64,000 nt of DNA from contig OZ024743.1 in assembly GCA_964016885.1 (NCBI GenBank), positions 267,778,001-267,842,000 of the forward strand, written 5' to 3'. The stretch is from Eledone cirrhosa (taxonomy: Eukaryota). Every line of letters starts with the position of its first letter. Positions within the stretch are counted from its first letter, which is position 1. Made by a program: the position numbers and the translations under genes. Below, one piece after another: positions 57,198 to 64,000 of this stretch. Under the pieces are notes generated by a model, which worked only from the letters and a program-made list of their open reading frames with translations, had not been told where the DNA came from and ran no database searches.

Positions 57198-60100
57198 CGT
57201 GTCGTTCTCTTAGGTGGTGGTGTTGTTGTTGTTCTTGCTAATAGTGTCGTTCTCTTTGCTGGTGGAGTTGGTGTTGTTGTTGCTAATAGTGCCGTTCCCT
57301 TTGGTGGTGGTGGTGGTGGTGTTGTTGTTGCTAATAGTGTCGTTTTCTTTGGTGGTGGTGTTGTTGTTGTTGTTGCTAATAGTGTCGTTCTCTTTGGTGG
57401 TGGTGTTGTTGTTGTTGTTGCTAATAGTGTCGTTCTCTTTGGTGGTGGTGGTGGTGTTGTTGTTGCTAATAGTGTCGTTCTCTTTGGTGGTGGTGTTGTT
57501 GTTGTTGTTGCTAATAGTGTCGTTCTCTTTGGTGGTGGTGTTGTTGTTGTTGTTGCTAATATAGTCGTTCTCTTTGGTGGTGGTGGTGGTGTTGTTGTTG
57601 CTAATAGTGTCGTTCTCTTTGGTGGTGGTGTTGTTGTTGTTGTTGCTAATAGTGTCGTTCTCTTTGGTGGTGGTGGTGGTGGTGTTGTTGTTGCTAATAG
57701 TGTCGTTCTCTTTGGTGGTGGTGGTGGTGTTGTTGTTGCTAATAGTGTCGTTCTCTTTGGTGGCGGTGGTGGTGTTGTTGTTGCTAATAGTGTCGTTCTC
57801 TTTGGTGGTGGTGTTGTTGTTGTTGTTGCTAATAGTGTCGTTCTCTTTGGTGGTGGTGGTGTTGTTGTTGCTAATAGTGTCGTTCTCTTTGGTGGTGGTG
57901 TTGTTGTTGTTGTTGCTAATAGTGTCGTTCTCTTTGGTGGTGGTGGTGGTGTTGTTGTTGCTAATAGTGTCGTTCTCTTTGGTGGTGGTGGTGGTGTTGT
58001 TGTTGTTGTTGCTAATAGTGTCGTTCTCTATGGTGGTGGTGGTGTTGTTGTTGTTGCTAATAGTGTCGTTCTCTTTGGTGGTGGTGGTGTTGTTGTTGTT
58101 GCTAATAGTGTCGTTCTCTTTGGTGGTGGTGGTGGTGTTGTTGTTGTTGTTGCTAATAGTGTCGTTCTCTTTGGTGGTGGTGGTGTTGTTGTTGTTGCTA
58201 ATAGTGTCGTTCTCTTTGGTGGTGGTGGTGTTGTTGTTGTTGCTAATAGTGTCGTTCTCTTTGGTGGTGGTGGTGGTGTTGTTGTTGTTGTTGCTAATAG
58301 TGTCGTTCTCTTTGGTGGTGGTGGTGTTGTTGTTGTTGCTAATAGTGTCGTTCTCTTTGGTGGTGGTGGTGGTGTTGTTGTTGTTGTTGTTGCTAATAGT
58401 GTCGTTCTCTTTGGTGGTGGTGGTGTTGTTGTTGCTAATAGTGTCGTTCTCTTTGGTGGTGGTGGTGTTGTTGTTGCTAATAGTGTCGTTCTCTTTGGTG
58501 GTGGTGTTGTTGGTGTTGTTGCTAATAGTGTCGTTCTCTTTGGTGGTGTTGTTGTTGTTGTTGCTAATAGTGTCGTTCTCTTTGGTGGTGGTGTTGTTGT
58601 TGTTGCTAATAGTGTCGTTCTCTTTGGTGGTGGTGGTGGTGTTGTTGTTGCTAATAGTGTCGTTCTCTTTGGTGGTGGTGTTGTTGTTGTTGTTGTTGCT
58701 AATAGTGTCGTTTTCTTTGGTGGTGGTGTTGTTGTTGTTGCTAATAGTGTCCTTCTCTTTGGTAGTGGTGGTGGTGTTGTTGTTGTTGCTAATAGTGTCG
58801 TTCTCTTTGGTGGTGGTGTTGTTGTTGTTGCTAATAGTGTCGTTCTCTTTGGTGGTGGTGGTGGTGTTGTTGTTGCTAATAGTGTCGTTCTCTTTGGTGG
58901 TGGTGTTGTTGTTGTTGTTGCTAATAGTGTCGTTCTCTTTGGTGGTGGTGTTGTTGTTGTTGCTAATAGTGTCGTTCTCTTTGGTGGTGGTGGTGGTGTT
59001 GTTGCTAATAGTGTCGTTCTCTTTGGTGGTGGTGGTGTTGGTGTTGTTGTTGTTGCTAATAGTGTCGTTCTCTTTGGTGGTGGTGTTGTTGTTGTTGTTG
59101 CTAATAGTGTCGTTCTCTTTGGTGGTGCTGTTGTTGTTGTTGTTGTTGCTAATAGTGTCGTTCTCTTTGGTGGTGGTGTTGTTGTTGTTGTTGCTAATAG
59201 TGTCGTTCTCTTTGGTGGTGTTGTTGTTGTTGTTGCTAATAGTGTCGTTCTCTTTGGTGGTGGTGTTGTTGTTGTTGTTGCTAATAGTGTCGTTCTCTTT
59301 GGTGGTGGTGTTGTTGTTGTTGTTGCTAATAGTGTCGTTCACTTTGGTGGTGGTGTTGTTGTTGTTGTTGCTAATAGTGTCGTTCTCTTTGGTGGTGTTG
59401 TTGTTGTTGTTGTTGCTAATAGTGTCGTTCTCTTTGGTGGTGTTGGTGGTGTTGTTGTTGCTAATAGTGTCGTTCTCTTTGATGGTGGTGTTGTTGTTGT
59501 TGTTGCTAATAGTGTCGTTCTCTTTGGTGGTGGTGGTGGTGTTGTTGCTAATAGTGTCGTTCTCTTTGGTGGTGGTGGTGTTGGTGTTGTTGTTGTTGCT
59601 AATAGTGTCGTTCTCTTTGGTGGTGGTGTTGTTGTTGTTGTTGCTAATAGTGTCGTTCTCTTTGGTGGTGTTGTTGTTGTTGTTGTTGCTAATAGTGTCG
59701 TTCTCTTTGGTGGTGGTGTTGTTGTTGTTGTTGCTAATAGTGTCGTTCTCTTTGGTGGTGTTGTTGTTGTTGTTGCTAATAGTGTCGTTCTCTTTGGTGG
59801 TGGTGTTGTTGTTGTTGTTGCTAATAGTGTCGTTCTCTTTGGTGGTGGTGTTGTTGTTGTTGTTGCTAATAGTGTCGTTCACTTTGGTGGTGGTGTTGTT
59901 GTTGTTGTTGCTAATAGTGTCGTTCTCTTTGGTGGTGTTGTTGTTGTTGTTGTTGCTAATAGTGTCGTTCTCTTTGGTGGTGTTGGTGGTGTTGTTGTTG
60001 CTAATAGTGTCGTTCTCTTTGGTGGTGGTGTTGTTGTTGTTGTTGCTAATAGTGTCGTTCTCTTTGGTGGTGGTGTTGTTGTTGTTGTTGCTAATAGTGT

Positions 60101-63100
60101 CGTTCTCTTTGGTGGTGGTGTTGTTGTTGTTGTTGCTAATAGTGTCGTTCTCTTTGGTGGTGTTGTTGTTGTTGTTGTTGCTAATAGTGTCGTTCTCTTT
60201 GGTGGTGGTGTTGTTGTTGTTGTTGCTAATAGTGTCGTTCTCTTTGGTGGTGGTGTTGTTGTTGTTGTTGCTAATAGTGTCGTTCTCTTTGGTGGTGGTG
60301 TTGTTGTTGTTGCTAATAGTGTCGTTCACTTTGGTGGTGGTGTTGTTGTTGTTGTTGTTAATAGTGTCGTTCTCTTTGGTGGTGGTGTTGTTGTTGTTGT
60401 TGCTAATAGTGTCGTTCTCTTTGGTGGTGTTGTTGTTGTTGTTGTTGCTAATAGTGTCGTTCTCTTTGGTGGTGGTGTTGTTGTTGTTGTTGCTAATAGT
60501 GTCGTTCTCTTTGGTGGTGGTGTTGTTGTTGTTGTTGCTAATAGTGTCGTTCTCTTTGGTGGTGGTGTTGTTGTTGTTGTTGTTGCTAATAGTGTCGTTC
60601 TCTTTGGTGGTGGTGTTGTTGTTGTTGTTGTTGCTAATAGTGTCGTTCTCTTTGGTGGTGGTGTTGTTGTTGTTGTTGCTAATAGTGTCGTTCTCTTTGG
60701 TGGTGGTGTTGTTGTTGTTGTTGCTAATAGTGTCGTTCTCTTTGGTGGTGTTGTTGTTGTTGTTGTTTCTAATAGTGTCGTTCTCGTTGGTGGTGTTGTT
60801 GTTGTTGTTGCAAATAGTGTCGTTCTCTTTGGTGGTGTTGTTGTTGTTGTTGTTGCTAATAGTGTCGTTCTCTTTGGTGGTGGTGTTGTTGTTGTTGTTG
60901 TTGCTAATAGTGTCGTTCTCTTTGGTGGTGTTGTTGTTGTTGTTGCTAATAGTGTCGTTCTCTTTGGTGGTGGTGTTGTTGATGTTGTTGCTAATAGTGT
61001 CGTTCTCTTTGGTGGTTGTGTTGTTGTTGTTGTTGCTAATAGTGTCGTTCTCTTTGGTGGTGTTGTTGTTGTTGTTGTTGCTAATAGTGTCGTTCTCTTT
61101 GGTGGTGGTGTTGTTGTTGTTGTTGCTAATAGTGTCGTTCTCTTTGGTGGTGGTGTTGTTGTTGTTGTTGCTAATAGTGTCGTTCTCTTTGGTGGTGTTG
61201 TTGTTGTTGTTGCTAATAGTGTTGTTCTCTTTGGTGGTGTTGTTGTTGTTGTTGCTAATAGTGTCGTTCTCTTTGGTGGTGGTGTTGTTGTTGTTGCTAA
61301 TAGTGTCGTTCTCTTTGGTGGTGGTGTTGTTGTTGTTGTTGCTAATAGTGTCGTACTCTTTGGTGGTGGTGGTGTTGTTGTTGTTGCTAATAGTGTCGTT
61401 CTCTTTGGTGGTGGTTTTGTTGTTGTTGTTGCTAATAGTGTCGTACTCTTTGGTGGTGGTGTTGTTGTTGTTGTTGCTAATAGTGTCGTACTCTTTGGTG
61501 GTGGTGTTGTTGTTGTTGTTGCTAATAGTGTCGTTCTCTTTGGTGGTGGTGTTGTTGTTGTTGTTGTTGCTAATAGTGTCGTTCTCTTTGGTGGTGGTAT
61601 TGTTGTTGTTGTTGCTAATAGTGTCGTTCTCTTTGGTGGTGTTGTTGTTGTTGTTGTTGCTAATAGTGTCGTACTCTTTGGTGGTGGTGTTGTTGTTGTT
61701 GTTGCTAATAGTGTCGTTCTCTTTGGTGGTGGTGTTGTTGTTGTTGTTGCTAATAGTGTCGTACTCTTTGGTGGTGGTGTTGTTGTTGTTGTTGCTAATA
61801 GTGTCGTACTCTTTGGTGGTTTTGTTGTTGTTGTTGTTGCTAATAGTGTCGTTCTCTTTGGTGGTGGTGTTGTTGTTGTTGTTGCTATTAGTGTCGTTCT
61901 CTTTGGTGGTGGTGGTGTTGTTGTTGTTGCTAATAGTGTCGTTCTCTTTGGTGGTGGTGTTGTTGTTGTTGTTGCTAATAGTGTCGTACTCTTTGGTGGT
62001 GGTGTTGTTGTTGTTGTTGCTAATAGTGTCGTTCTCTTTGGTGGTGGTGTTGCTGTTGTTGTTGCTAATAGTGTCGTACTCTTTGGTGGTGGTGTTGTTG
62101 TTGTTGTTGCTAATGGTGTCGTTCTCTTTGGTGGTGTTGTTGTTGTTGTTGTTGCTAATAGTGGCGTTCTCTTTGGTGGTGGTGGTGTTGTTGTTGTTGT
62201 TGTTGCTAATAGTGTCGTTCTCTTTGGTGGTGGTGTTGTTGTTGTTGTTGCTATTAGTGTCGTTCTCTTTGGTGGTGGTGGTGTTGTTGTTGTTGCTAAT
62301 AGTGTCGTTCTCTTTGGTGGTGGTGTTGTTGTTGTTGTTGCTAATAGTGTCGTACTCTTTGGTGGTGGTGTTGTTGTTGTTGCTAATAGTGTCGTTCTCT
62401 TTGGTGGTGGTGTTGTTGTTGTTGTTGCTAATAGTGTCGTACTCTTTGGTGGTGGTGTTGTTGTTGTTGTTGCTAATAGTGTCGTACTCTTTGGTGGTGG
62501 TGTTGTTGTTGTTGTTGCTAATAGTGTCGTTCTCTTTGGTGGTGGTGTTGTTGTTGTTGTTGCTATTAGTGTCGTTCTCTTTGGTGGTGGTGTTGTTGTT
62601 GTTGTTGCTAATAGTGTCGTTCTCTTGGTGGTGGTGTTGTTGTTGTTGTTGCTAATAGTGTCGTACTCTTTGGTGGTGGTGTTGTTGTTGTTGTTGCTAA
62701 TAGTGTCGTACTCTTTGGTGGTGGTGTTGTTGTTGTTGTTGCTAATAGTGTCGTTCTCTTTGGTGGTGGTGTTGTTGTTGTTGTTGCTAATAGTGTCGTA
62801 CTCTTTGGTGGTGGTGTTGTTGTTGTTGTTGCTAATAGTGTCGTTCTCTTTGGTGGTGGTGTTGTTGTTGTTGTTGCTAATAGTGTCGTACTCTTTGGTG
62901 GTGGTGTTGTTGTTGTTGTTGCTAATAGTGTCGTTCTCTTTGGTGGTGGTGTTGTTGTTGTTGTTGCTAATAGTGTCGTACTCTTTGGTGGTGGTGTTGT
63001 TGTTGTTGTTGCTAATTGTGTCGTTCTCTTTGGTGGTGTTGTTGTTGTTGCTAATAGTGTCGTACTCTTTGGTGGTGGTGTTGTTGTTGTTGTTGTTCCT

Positions 63101-64000
63101 AATAGTGTCGTTCTCTTTGGTGGTGGTGGTGTTGTTGTTGTTGTTGCTAATAGTGTCGTTCTCTTTGGTGGTGGTGGTGTTGTTGTTGTTGTTGCTAATA
63201 GTGTCGTTCTCTTTGGTGGTGGTGGTGTTGTTGTTGTTGTTGCTAATAGTGTCGTTCTGTTTGGTGGTGGTGTTGTTGTTGTTGTTGCTAATAGTGTCGT
63301 TCTCTTTGGTGGTGTTGTTGTTGTTGTTGTTGCTAATAGTGTCGTTCTCTTGGTGGTGGTGTGTTGTTGTTGTTGCTAATAGTGTCGTTCTCTTTGGTGG
63401 TGGTGGTGTTGTTGTTGCTAATAGTGTCGTTTCTTTGGTGGTGGTGTTGTTGTTGTTGTTGATAATAGTGTCGTTCTCTTTGGTGGTGGTGGTGTTGTTG
63501 TTGTTGCTAATAGTGTCGTTCTCTTTGGTGGTGGTGGTGTTGTTGTTGCTAATAGTGTCGTTCCCTTTGGTGGTGGTGTTGTTGTTGTTGTTGCTAATAG
63601 TGTCGTTCTCTGTGGTGGTGTTGTTGTTGTTGTTGTTGCTAATAGTGTCGTTCTCTTTGGTGGTGTTGTTGTTGTTGTTGTTGCTAATAGTGTCGTTCTC
63701 TTTGGTGGTGTTGTTGTTGTTGTTGTTGCTAATAGTGTCGTTCTCTTTGGTGGTGTTGTTGTTGTTGTTGTTGCTAATAGTGTCGTTCTCTTTGGTGGTG
63801 TTGTTGTTGTTGTTGTTGCTAATAGTGTCGTTCTCTTTGGTGGTGTTGTTGTTGTTGTTGTTGCTAATAGTGTCGTTCTCTTTGGTGGTGGTGTTGTTGT
63901 TGTTGTTGCTAATAGTGTCGTTCTCTTTGGTGGTGGTGGCGTTGTTGTTGTTGTTGCTAATAGTGTCGTTCTCTTTGGTGGTGGTGGTGTTGTTGTTGTT
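57198..64000. repeat. Minisatellite: constant CTAATAGTGTCGTTCTCTTTG core plus variable (GTG)m(TTG)n, units about 42-54 bp
   Basis: Roughly 150 units; continues past the window end. Confidence 0.97.

Noticed and set aside
57574-62655. 1693-aa hydrophobic ORF
   Set aside because: Translation of the minisatellite; the frame stays open because of triplet composition
57198-64000. CRISPR-like pattern of a constant repeat with variable spacers
   Set aside because: Spacers are only (GTG)m(TTG)n length variants, there are no cas genes, and the context is eukaryotic

Overview
AT-rich, microsatellite-saturated eukaryotic DNA with no recognisable host gene. The SINE family and repeat landscape suggest an octopus or other coleoid cephalopod (inference). 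Almost all ORFs in the track are artefacts of (TA)n, (CA)n and trinucleotide repeats. The real coding content is decayed mobile elements: a 5'-truncated R4/Dong non-LTR element in (TAA)n (16.3-19.0 kb), a Tx1/L1-clade element (36.35-41.0 kb) plus a separate 3' fragment (29.2-30.1 kb), a CRE-like remnant (27.9-29.0 kb), a Penelope-like GIY-YIG remnant (14.5-14.8 kb) and a Chapaev3-type DNA transposon (54.1-56.25 kb). There are also two near-identical non-autonomous Helitrons, more than 12 tRNA-type SINE copies, small MITEs, and a frame-preserving minisatellite over 6.8 kb long that runs off the right end. The most notable signal is non-coding. The first 16 kb holds about ten minimal hammerhead-ribozyme motifs (CUGAnGA...GAAA, mostly with palindromic stem-loop III) in short (TA)n-flanked modules. 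These include a 453-bp unit present in tandem and inverted copies and a 390-bp perfect palindrome centred on a hammerhead core. All calls were read by eye; no folding or database searches were run.
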